In this document: one piece after another, positions 47,201 through 54,992 of the stretch | Layout: each line of letters starts with the position of its first letter | Numbering within the stretch: the stretch's first letter is position 1 | Source: Actinobacteria bacterium Ga0077541 | GTDB lineage: Bacteria; Actinomycetota; Thermoleophilia; Miltoncostaeales; Miltoncostaeaceae | Direction: 5' to 3' | Length of the DNA: 61,981 nt | Assembly (NCBI GenBank): GCA_001464995.1 | Contig: LNEQ01000271.1 | Location: 1-61,981 of the forward strand | Translations under genes and position numbers: made by a program | Notes under the pieces: model-generated | Told to the model about the DNA's origin: nothing | What the model saw: the letters and a program-made list of their open reading frames with translations, nothing else | The model's database searches: none

Positions 47201-47305
47201 CCCCCAGACAGGTTCGGCGCTGGCAGGGACGACCGCCGCCCGCGCCGCTCGTAGCGTCGGATCGACGGGAGGGACGGTCCCCCCGCACGATCCGAGGAGT
47301 CCCCG

Positions 47306-48016
47306 ATGTCATCGACCACGCGCTTCCGGCGTCTCGCGAGCGCCGCCTGCCTCGTGCTGGGGCCGGCACTGCTGGTCGCCGGCTTCGCCGTCATGCCATG
47401 GCGGCGAAGCGACGCGACCGAGCTCGACAGCCTGAACCTGACGGCCGCGAATATCACCGCGACCCAGATCGCCGACCTGCTGGTCTTCGCAGGCGCGCTC
47501 CTCCTGATCCCCGCCCTCCTGGCCTTCATGCGGGCGCTCGGGCGCGGCGCTCCCGTCCTCGGCCTGGTCGGCGGCGTGCTCTCGATCGCCGGCGCCGTCG
47601 CCGGGATGCTGGTCGTGGTCAGCGACCAGATGATGATCGCCCTCGCCGATCAGCCCGCCCTGCGGCCGGACGCCGCCGCCGCGCTCGCGGAGTCCCCGGC
47701 GTGGGTGCTCGGCATCGTGCTGGTCGTCTTCCTCGGCGGGTCCTTCATCGGGACCATCGTCCTCGGGGCCGCCGTCCTGCGCTCGCGGATCCTCCCGGCC
47801 TGGACGGGCGTCGCGCTGATCGCGGCCCCCGCGATCAGCATCGCCTCCCACATCGTCGAGCGGCAGGCGATCGACGTCGTCAGCGGCCTCCTGCAGCTCG
47901 TCGTCTTCGCTCTCCTCGCGCAGCGCGTGCTCGCGACCGACGACGCCCTCTGGGAGGCCGGCGGCCTGGCCCGGCCCGCCAGCCCGCGCAGGGCGGCGGT
48001 CGGCGCGACCTCGTAG
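47306..48016 (+). CDS. Multi-TM membrane protein (DUF4386-like), probable target of the two-component system
   Basis: About 6 TM helices; GAGGAG RBS; -10 TAGCGT at 47252. Confidence 0.65.
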   Translation: MSSTTRFRRLASAACLVLGPALLVAGFAVMPWRRSDATELDSLNLTAANITATQIADLLVFAGALLLIPALLAFMRALGRGAPVLGLVGGVLSIAGAVAGMLVVVSDQMMIALADQPALRPDAAAALAESPAWVLGIVLVVFLGGSFIGTIVLGAAVLRSRILPAWTGVALIAAPAISIASHIVERQAIDVVSGLLQLVVFALLAQRVLATDDALWEAGGLARPASPRRAAVGATS

Positions 48017-48024
48017 GGCGGCGC

Positions 48025-48055
48025 GGGCCGCCGGGCTCCGCAGGCCCGGCGGCCC
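48025..48055. terminator. Bidirectional terminator hairpin
   Basis: GGGCCGCCGGGC-TCCGCAG-GCCCGGCGGCCC between convergent genes. Confidence 0.6.
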
Positions 48056-48070
48056 TCCGCGCCCACCTCG

Positions 48071-48631
48071 TCAGGAGATGGCGACCGGCCCTTCGGTGCC
48101 GGTGACCGTCCAGGCGCCGTCGGTGCGGTCCACCCGGTAGGTCAGCCAGGTCCCGCACAGGCCGCCGCACCAGAGCGACACCGGCGCCAGGGCGGTGCCC
48201 GCGCCGACCTCCGGCTCGCCGACGCCGACGATGGCCGAGCCCGGGATCCGCGGCTCCAGGTCGTCCGTCCTCCACGCATCCGCGTCCGCGATGAACCGGT
48301 GCGGCCCGAGGGGCTCCACCACGGCGGCGATGGCGGCCCTCTCCGCGCCGGTCAGCGGCCGCGCCGGGCCGCGCGGCCCCTCACCGGCCCCGCCGGCCAT
48401 GGGATCGGTGTGGTCGAGGATCAGGTACTCGCCGAAGCGGTGCTCCCCCTCGCCGAAGGTGTGGTCGCGCGTCACCAGCCGCTCGACGGCCGCCGCCATC
48501 ACCGCGGCAGAGTCGTCGCGCGGCGTCGTGGCCGGCGCGCTCGCCGTCCCGCCGGAGCCGGAGCACCCGCTCAGGGCGAGCAGGGCCATCACGGCCGCCA
48601 CGCACAGGCCGGCCAGATGCACGCGGGTCAT
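48071..48631 (-). CDS. Hypothetical lipoprotein
   Basis: Signal + LSGC lipobox; CGGLCG motif near the C-terminus. Confidence 0.7.
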   Translation of the reverse strand: MTRVHLAGLCVAAVMALLALSGCSGSGGTASAPATTPRDDSAAVMAAAVERLVTRDHTFGEGEHRFGEYLILDHTDPMAGGAGEGPRGPARPLTGAERAAIAAVVEPLGPHRFIADADAWRTDDLEPRIPGSAIVGVGEPEVGAGTALAPVSLWCGGLCGTWLTYRVDRTDGAWTVTGTEGPVAIS

Positions 48632-49101
48632 GCCGGCGCTCCGAGCACCTCGCGCACGAAGGCGTCGATCACCGGGATCTGACCCTTCACGACCTTGGTC
48701 CGGGCGAGGGCGGGCGGCATCCACTCGGCCCGGTCCATCTCGGGGAAGCTCTGCATCCGCCCGGAGCCGCGCGGCCATTCCACCTCGAACAGGTTGCTCC
48801 GGATCTCGGAGACGTCGAGGTCCCCGGCCAGGGCGAAGACCGTCAGCGCCGAGCCGCTCGGCTGGCGGAAGTCGCCGAGGGCGAACGGATCGCCCAGGGG
48901 CGGGGGCGTGCCGATCTCCTCCTCGAACTCCCGCAGCGCCGCCGCGAGCGCGGTCTCGTCGCCCTCGGCGAGCCCCTTGGGGATCGACCAGGCGCCCGCG
49001 TCCTTGCGGGCCCAGAAGGGGCCGCCCATGTGGGCGACCAGCACCTCCGCGCCGGCATCGGTGCGCCGGTGCACCAGGAGGCCCGCCTTGCGCGCGGCCA
49101 T
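48628..49101 (-). CDS. NUDIX hydrolase
   Basis: HMGGPFWARKDAGAWSIPKG, AALREFEEEIG, EWPRGSG, FPEMDR. Confidence 0.9.
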   Translation of the reverse strand: MAARKAGLLVHRRTDAGAEVLVAHMGGPFWARKDAGAWSIPKGLAEGDETALAAALREFEEEIGTPPPLGDPFALGDFRQPSGSALTVFALAGDLDVSEIRSNLFEVEWPRGSGRMQSFPEMDRAEWMPPALARTKVVKGQIPVIDAFVREVLGAPA

Positions 49102-50033
49102 CAGCGCAGCCTCGTGTCGGCGCGGGCGCGGGAGAGGTGGACGGCCTCCCAGCAGTAGCGCGCGGCGATGCTCCGGTGGGGGCGGAAGCGGTCGCCGAGC
49201 GGGCCGAGGCGTCTCGCCGACGGGGGAGGGTCGACGCCCCACGCCAGGCCGTAGCCCTGGCGCACCCCGAGGTCGTCGACCGGCCACACGTCCATCCGGC
49301 CGAGCTCGAGCATCAGGTACATCTCGGCGGTCCAGCGGCCGATGCCACGCACGGTGACGAGCCGGGAGACGATCTCCTCGTCCCCGAGCGAGTGAGCCCC
49401 GTCGAGCACCACGGTCCCGTCGGCCACCTTCGCCGAGAGGTCGCGCAGGGAGGCCAGCTTGGCAGCCGACAGCCCCGCCGAGCGCAGGTCGCCGTCGCCG
49501 ACGCCGTCGAGGGCCTCCGGCGTCAGCGGCCCCTCCACCAGCGCGCGCACCCGCCCGTGGATCGCGTCGGCCGCACGACCGGCGAGCTGCTGGAAGACGA
49601 TCGCCCGCACGAGCGCGCCGAAGTGGCCGTCGGGGTTGCGCGGCCGGTGCCGGAACGGGCCGACCGTGCGGATCAGCGCGTCCATGACCGGATCGACCGC
49701 CGCGACCGCCGCGACGGCGTCCTCCAGCGAACCGGCCGGCGCGGCGGCCGGCGCCGAGGCCGGGTAGCGCGCCCGCGGCAGATCGACCCGGGCGCCCCGC
49801 ATGGGCACCCGCTCGTGGCGCAGGCGCTCGAGCTGGCGCTCGCCCATCGGCACGCTGCCGTCGGCGCGCACGACGCGGTGCCACGGCACCTCCTCGGCCG
49901 TTCCCGCCAGCACACGGCCCACCAGGCGCGGCGCCGCCGGATCGACGTCGGAGTACGCGCGCACGAAGCCCGGCGGTATGGCGCGCACGCCCGCCAGGAT
50001 CCGCTCGGTGCGGTCGCCGGCCGCGACCGGCAT
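49101..50033 (-). CDS. Alkyltransferase-like (ATL) domain fused to AlkA/HhH-GPD 3-methyladenine DNA glycosylase
   Basis: N-term IPPG..Y, PRLVG, PWHRVV; C-term IVFQQL, VRGIGRWTAEM, PVDDLG. Confidence 0.85.
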   Translation of the reverse strand: MPVAAGDRTERILAGVRAIPPGFVRAYSDVDPAAPRLVGRVLAGTAEEVPWHRVVRADGSVPMGERQLERLRHERVPMRGARVDLPRARYPASAPAAAPAGSLEDAVAAVAAVDPVMDALIRTVGPFRHRPRNPDGHFGALVRAIVFQQLAGRAADAIHGRVRALVEGPLTPEALDGVGDGDLRSAGLSAAKLASLRDLSAKVADGTVVLDGAHSLGDEEIVSRLVTVRGIGRWTAEMYLMLELGRMDVWPVDDLGVRQGYGLAWGVDPPPSARRLGPLGDRFRPHRSIAARYCWEAVHLSRARADTRLR

Positions 50034-51064
50034 CAGCCGTCGCCCGCCGGGCGCGGGGTGCGGGCGCGACTCGGCGCGACCCGCGGCGCCTCGTCGGGCA
50101 TCTTGGGGTAGACCGGCGGCCACGGCGCGTCGGGGATGCCCGCCGCCAGGTCGGCCCGGTAGCGGTCGACCAGCGGGGCGATCGAGCAGGGGGTCTCGTC
50201 GATCGCCGCCCACGGGTCGCCGAGGCGCTCCAGCCGCCCGGGCACCGTGCGCATCGTCAGGGCGTCGGGGTCGATCGCCTCCAGCTCCTCCCAGGCGAAC
50301 GGGGCCGAGACCTGCGCCCCGGTGCGCGCCCGGACGCACCACGCGCCGAACACCGTCTTGTGGGGCGCGTTCTGGTTGAAGTCGACGAACACCCGCTCCC
50401 CCCGCTCCTCCTTCCACCAGGCGCCCGTGATCAGGTCGGGGCGCCGCCGTTCCATCTCGCGCGCCACCGACACCGCCGCCTGTCGGACGCCGAACGAGTC
50501 CCAGCCGGGCTCCACGCGCACGTAGAGGTGCAGGCCGCGGTTACCGGTGGTCTTCGGGAAGGCCGCGATGCCGACCTCCCCGAGGAAGGCGCGCACCTCG
50601 GCCGCGGCCTCCCGGACCATCGCGAAGGAGACACCGGGCGAGGGGTCGAGGTCGAGTCGCAGCTCGTCGGTCTGGTCGGGCGCCGAGGCCCGGTAGGGCC
50701 ACGGGTGGAAGCCCAGGCAGCCCTGGTTGGCCGCCCAGAGCACGTGGGCGATGTCGGCCATGACGATCGCGCGTGAGCTGGTGCCGTTCGGCGTGGAGAC
50801 CGTGGTCGTCTGCAGCCAGTCCGGCGCCGAGTCGGGGATCCGCTTCTGGAAGAACGATTTCCCGGTGGCGCCGTCGGGGAAGCGCTGCAGCATGGTGGGC
50901 CGGTCGCGGACCGTCCGCATCAGGGGCTCGGCCACGGACAGGTAGTAGCGGGCCAGGTCGGCCTTCGTCTCGCCGTGCCCGGGGAACATCACCTTGCCCG
51001 GGCTGCTGATGGAGACCGTCCGTCCGCCGGCGTCCAGCTCGAGCGCCTCGCCCTTGGGAGCCAT
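50033..51064 (-). CDS. Stand-alone LigD polymerase domain (AEP primase-polymerase, Prim-PolC-like)
   Basis: RFPDG, FFQK, DLDP, KTTGNRGLH, WWKEER, DFNQN; leaderless (TAGCGT, 6 nt, ATG). Confidence 0.9.
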   Translation of the reverse strand: MAPKGEALELDAGGRTVSISSPGKVMFPGHGETKADLARYYLSVAEPLMRTVRDRPTMLQRFPDGATGKSFFQKRIPDSAPDWLQTTTVSTPNGTSSRAIVMADIAHVLWAANQGCLGFHPWPYRASAPDQTDELRLDLDPSPGVSFAMVREAAAEVRAFLGEVGIAAFPKTTGNRGLHLYVRVEPGWDSFGVRQAAVSVAREMERRRPDLITGAWWKEERGERVFVDFNQNAPHKTVFGAWCVRARTGAQVSAPFAWEELEAIDPDALTMRTVPGRLERLGDPWAAIDETPCSIAPLVDRYRADLAAGIPDAPWPPVYPKMPDEAPRVAPSRARTPRPAGDG

Positions 51065-51207
51065 GGGCCGACGCTAGCGGACGGCGGCGCCCGGCACCCG
51101 CCCCCGCGGATCCCGGACCGCGACCCACCCACCCGGCCAGTGTCCGTGCGCGCGGGGGCGATCGTAGAATCGCGCCGTCCGGATCGTCGTCCGCCCGGAG
51201 TCACCGC

Positions 51208-52311
51208 ATGCGCCGCGCGCTCACCATCCTCGCCCTCGGCGCCGCCGCCCCGAACGCCGTGGCGATGCCCGGCGACCCGCCGATCACGCTGCTCACCCCG
51301 GCGGCCGACGCGGTCCTGCCGGGCGGCGCGGCCGGGATCCCCGTCACCTACGACTGCCCGGACTACCGGCAGGTCGACCTCGGCGACGGCTTCGCCTTCT
51401 TCGGGCAGTGGTCCGACTACGGGGTCCGCCTCGCCACCGGTCCCGAGCTCGGCGCCGACGGACGGCTGCGCCAGGACCAGGTGGTCGCGGCCGACACCGG
51501 CCACCAGCCGAACACGCTCCCGGACGAGCAGTGCGCCGGCGAGCTCGCGACGGGCCGGGCGGATGGCCCCGAGAACACGCCGGGCACCTACTACTGGCAG
51601 GCCTCGCGGCTCTGCGGGGGCTGTGCCGGGGGCTACGAGGTCAGCGAGGTGCGCCGGCTGGCGATCCGCGCCGACGCCGCTCTGTCGGTGCGCTCCGCCG
51701 GGGCGGCGTTCGCCGGATATCCCGTGGCCGTGCCGCTGCGCCTCGCCGGCGTGCCCGACGGCGCGTCCGTGACCCTGCAGCGCCGGGCCGGCTCGCGCTG
51801 GACGGCGCTCGGCACGGGCCGCGCGTCGAACGAGCGCGGCGAGGTGATCGCCACGCTCCCCGCGGGGGTGCAGAGCCTGCGGGCGTCCGTGCGCCTCGGC
51901 ACCCAGACCGTGACATCCCCGGTGAGGACGCTGCGCGTGCGCCCCGCGGCGGCACCCCGGGTCACCACCGGACGGGACGACGGGGCCTGGACGGGCGCCT
52001 CGCCGTCGGTCCGCTTCCGGGTGACCGGCGGCGGCCGGACGATCACCGGGTTCCGGGCGTCCGTGACGATGGTCTGCCCCCAGGTCGGCCTGCCCGGCGG
52101 CCAGGGGCAGGTGACCACGCGCGCCGGGTTCGCCGTCGTCTCCCGGGCCCGCATCGCGCCCGACGGGCGCTTCATCGCGGCCGCCACCAGCCGGGGCTCG
52201 GCGGTGCTCGTGCGCGGGAAGGTGCGGGGCGGCCGGCTCACCGGCGGCGTCGCGGCGCTCAGCGTCGGCACCTGCACCGGCTCGGGGAGCTTCACCGCCC
52301 GCAGGTCCTAG
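51208..52311 (+). CDS. Secreted hypothetical protein
   Basis: Signal peptide, beta-rich, several Cys; -10 TAGAAT at 51165; stop TAG lies in the MITE target site. Confidence 0.7.
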   Translation: MRRALTILALGAAAPNAVAMPGDPPITLLTPAADAVLPGGAAGIPVTYDCPDYRQVDLGDGFAFFGQWSDYGVRLATGPELGADGRLRQDQVVAADTGHQPNTLPDEQCAGELATGRADGPENTPGTYYWQASRLCGGCAGGYEVSEVRRLAIRADAALSVRSAGAAFAGYPVAVPLRLAGVPDGASVTLQRRAGSRWTALGTGRASNERGEVIATLPAGVQSLRASVRLGTQTVTSPVRTLRVRPAAAPRVTTGRDDGAWTGASPSVRFRVTGGGRTITGFRASVTMVCPQVGLPGGQGQVTTRAGFAVVSRARIAPDGRFIAAATSRGSAVLVRGKVRGGRLTGGVAALSVGTCTGSGSFTARRS

Positions 52312-52489
52312 TGTCCTGATTCAGAAGTTCGGCGGCACTTCCCGGCTTTGCCGGCCCCCGGCCGGCCGGGGTCTCAACGCGAGGCGGCGTCCTCGGCAGC
52401 CCCGATATTCCCGATATCGGGGCTGAACTGCGTCCTTGCCTCGCGGGAGATTCGCTCGGAAACTGCTCGCCAACTTCTGAATCAGGACA
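52312..52489. mobile_element. Non-autonomous MITE (IS5-like) with 18-bp TIRs and flanking CTAG
   Basis: TGTCCTGATTCAGAAGTT (52312-52329) and AACTTCTGAATCAGGACA (52472-52489); CTAG at 52308-52311 and 52490-52493; no transposase. Confidence 0.85.
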
Positions 52490-52511
52490 CTAGCGGTGGG
52501 GCGTCGGCCGC

Positions 52512-52694
52512 TCAGCGGCGGCGGGCGGCCTTCATGACCTTCTTCGGGATCTTCCCGGCCAGCAGCAGCCAGGTGCGCTTGCCGGTGCGCTCGGCCAGCC
52601 CGTCGTCGGCCAGGCGTTTCCACACCAGCGGGCAGTTCTTGCACCGCGGGGAGGAGTTGCAGCACTTCTTCTTGGCGGTGACGGTCGCGGCGAT
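52512..52694 (-). CDS. Small basic Cys-rich protein (60 aa), non-canonical ATC start
   Basis: (I/M)AATVTAKKKCCNSSPRCKNCPLVWKRLADDGLAERTGKRTWLLLAGKIPKKVMKAARRR; strong GC3 codon bias; missing from ORF track. Confidence 0.65.
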   Translation of the reverse strand: MAATVTAKKKCCNSSPRCKNCPLVWKRLADDGLAERTGKRTWLLLAGKIPKKVMKAARRR

Positions 52695-52785
52695 GCCGTC
52701 AGGGTAGTCGCCTCGGCCGGTGGTGCGGCCGCCTGCGGTGCGAGGACGGTAGGCTCGCGCCCCTCATGCCCGAGACGACCGACCA

Positions 52786-53718
52786 GTGACGCGGCGGCTC
52801 ATCCTGGTGGCCGCAGTGGTGCTCGTGGGCTCCGCGGTCGCCATCGGGGCGATCCGGGCCGGCGGTGACGGATCCGCGCCTGTGTCCGTCGCGGCCCCCG
52901 CGGGCGCGGTCCGCACCTCGCCTCCTCTGCCGCAGCTTCCGCGCGGCGGGCGCAGCATCCTCCCCGAGCATCGCGTGCTCGCCCACTACGGAGCGCCGCA
53001 GGCCGCGGGCCTCGGGATCCTCGGCATCGGAAGCCCGGCCGTGGCGGGCGCGCGCCTGCAGAAGGCCACGCGCGCCTACGCCGGGCCGCGCCGCAAGCCG
53101 GTGCTGCCGGCGATGGAGCTGATCGCGGTGATCGTCACCGCCGACGCCGGAGCCGACGGCCTGCACCGCTTCCGTCAGGATCCCGCGCTGATCCGGCGCT
53201 ACCTGCGCGCGGCCCGGGCGGCGAAGGCGCTGCTGATCCTCGACATCCAGCCGGGCCGCTCCGACTTCGTCACCGAGGCGCGCGCTCTCGCGCCGTTCCT
53301 CGCCGAGCCCGACGTGGGGCTGGCGCTCGACCCGGAGTGGAGGATGCGGCCCGACGAGGTGCCCGGGCGCGTCATCGGCCAGGTCGACGCCGAGGAGGTC
53401 AACCGCGTGGCGGGCTGGATGGCGCGCATGGTGAAGCGCCGCAACCTGCCCGACAAGATCCTCCTGGTCCATCAGTTCGAGGACGGCATGATCGAGCGCC
53501 GCGGCCGGTTGCGGCCCCACCGCGGCATCGACTTCGTGCTGAACGCCGACGGCTTCGGCACGGGCCCGGCGAAGGTCGCCACCTACCGCCGGGTGACGCG
53601 CGGCGACCACGGCTTCGCGACGGGCTTCAAGCTCTTCTACGAGGAGGACACCGGGCTGATGACCTCCGGGCAGGTGCTGCGCCTGGAACCCCGCCCGGAC
53701 GTCGTCATCTACGAGTGA
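52786..53718 (+). CDS. Conserved secreted/anchored protein, possibly glycoside-hydrolase-like
   Basis: Signal, AHYGAP..LG.LG, LDIQPG, LALDPEW, VHQF, DGFG, GFKLFY. Confidence 0.7.
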   Translation: MTRRLILVAAVVLVGSAVAIGAIRAGGDGSAPVSVAAPAGAVRTSPPLPQLPRGGRSILPEHRVLAHYGAPQAAGLGILGIGSPAVAGARLQKATRAYAGPRRKPVLPAMELIAVIVTADAGADGLHRFRQDPALIRRYLRAARAAKALLILDIQPGRSDFVTEARALAPFLAEPDVGLALDPEWRMRPDEVPGRVIGQVDAEEVNRVAGWMARMVKRRNLPDKILLVHQFEDGMIERRGRLRPHRGIDFVLNADGFGTGPAKVATYRRVTRGDHGFATGFKLFYEEDTGLMTSGQVLRLEPRPDVVIYE

Positions 53719-53753
53719 CCGCGGGAGTGGGCGGACGACCGCCGGGGGGTCCG

Positions 53754-54992
53754 TCAGGTCGCGGCCGTGAGCCCCGTCCGTTCCGCGGCGACGAGCGACT
53801 CGAGAGCCTCCGCGACCTGCGGGGCGGTCAGGGCGTTGGGGTCGCGGCAGACGCCGTGTCCCTCCCGCTCGAGGTCCGCCGCGACGGCGAACTGGTCGGT
53901 GGAGAACGGCAGGGCCAGCATCGGGACCCCCGCGACGAGGGCCTCGCCGGCGGAGTTGTTGCCGGCGTGCGTCACCGTCGCCGCGGCGTGGCGCAGCAGG
54001 CCGACCTGCGGCAGGTGCGGGGCGACGATCCAATCGTCCGGCAGCGCGCCGAGGTGCGCCGGAGGCGTCAGACCCGTCGCGATCGCCGCGCGCGCCCCGA
54101 GGCGGCGGATCCCCTCGGCGACCGTGGCGAGCACGTCTCCGCGCTCCGACAGGAAGGTGCCGAGGGAGACGTAGACCAGGGGACCGGATCCCGCGGCGAC
54201 CCGGTCCGCCAGGTCTCCGGGGAGCTTCTCGTCGCGCACGCAGGGCCCGAGGAAGCGGTGGCCGGGCGGCAGCGCCTGCGTCCGCCACGGCGGATGCAGC
54301 GCCTCCGTGTAGGCGTAGAGCACCGATCCGCCGTGCGCCCGGAAGGGGTCGTCCACGGGCGCCGCCGAGGGGCTGACCGCGCGCAGCCCGGCGTTGAACG
54401 TCTCCGTCACGGCGGCGGTGACGCGCAGGCACGCGCGCCGCAGCAGCGCCCGGTCGCCGTCGTCGGGGGTGATGGCGGCGGGCCAGTAAGGCGGCTCCCC
54501 GTAGACCTCGTCGCCCACCGGCAGCTGGCTGGGATGGCCCGGCACGAAGGACTCCCAGTCGGCGCCGAGGGCGCGCAGGGCGAGCGTGGCCGAGAGGGCG
54601 ATGTGGTCGCTCACGATCCGGTCGGGCCGGACCTCGGCGACGATCTCCTCCAGACGCCGGGCGACGTCCGCGGGCCGCCAGAGCAGGTCGTCGGTGCGCC
54701 GCTCGGCCTGGAGCAGCAGGGTCGGCACCGCCCCCCGGCGCGTTGCGGCGAAGAACGCGCGCAGGTGGCGCTCCTCCTCGGCCTCCTGGTCCTCCGGCCG
54801 GATGACGCCGGTGTTGGTGCCGCGCCCGAGCACCAGCTCGCGCCACTCGAATCCGTCTGCCGCCACGCGATCGCGCAACGCGGCGCCCGTGGCGACCACG
54901 ATCCGCTCCCCGTCGGCGGCGAGCCGGCCGCCGTGCACCGCCAGCGGCCCGTAGTGCGACGCGTAGGCCGGGCTCAGGACGAGGGTGGTCAC
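53754..54992 (-). CDS. GT1/MGT-family glycosyltransferase
   Basis: SHYGPL, VYVSLGTF, LPQ..LL, THAGNNS..EAL..GVP, FSTDQ; GTG start overlaps the upstream stop. Confidence 0.85.
   Translation of the reverse strand: MTTLVLSPAYASHYGPLAVHGGRLAADGERIVVATGAALRDRVAADGFEWRELVLGRGTNTGVIRPEDQEAEEERHLRAFFAATRRGAVPTLLLQAERRTDDLLWRPADVARRLEEIVAEVRPDRIVSDHIALSATLALRALGADWESFVPGHPSQLPVGDEVYGEPPYWPAAITPDDGDRALLRRACLRVTAAVTETFNAGLRAVSPSAAPVDDPFRAHGGSVLYAYTEALHPPWRTQALPPGHRFLGPCVRDEKLPGDLADRVAAGSGPLVYVSLGTFLSERGDVLATVAEGIRRLGARAAIATGLTPPAHLGALPDDWIVAPHLPQVGLLRHAAATVTHAGNNSAGEALVAGVPMLALPFSTDQFAVAADLEREGHGVCRDPNALTAPQVAEALESLVAAERTGLTAAT

Noticed and set aside
52312-52489. Repeat pair considered as CRISPR repeats or an ncRNA
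   Set aside because: Only two copies, inverted and CTAG-flanked, with no cas genes; fits a MITE
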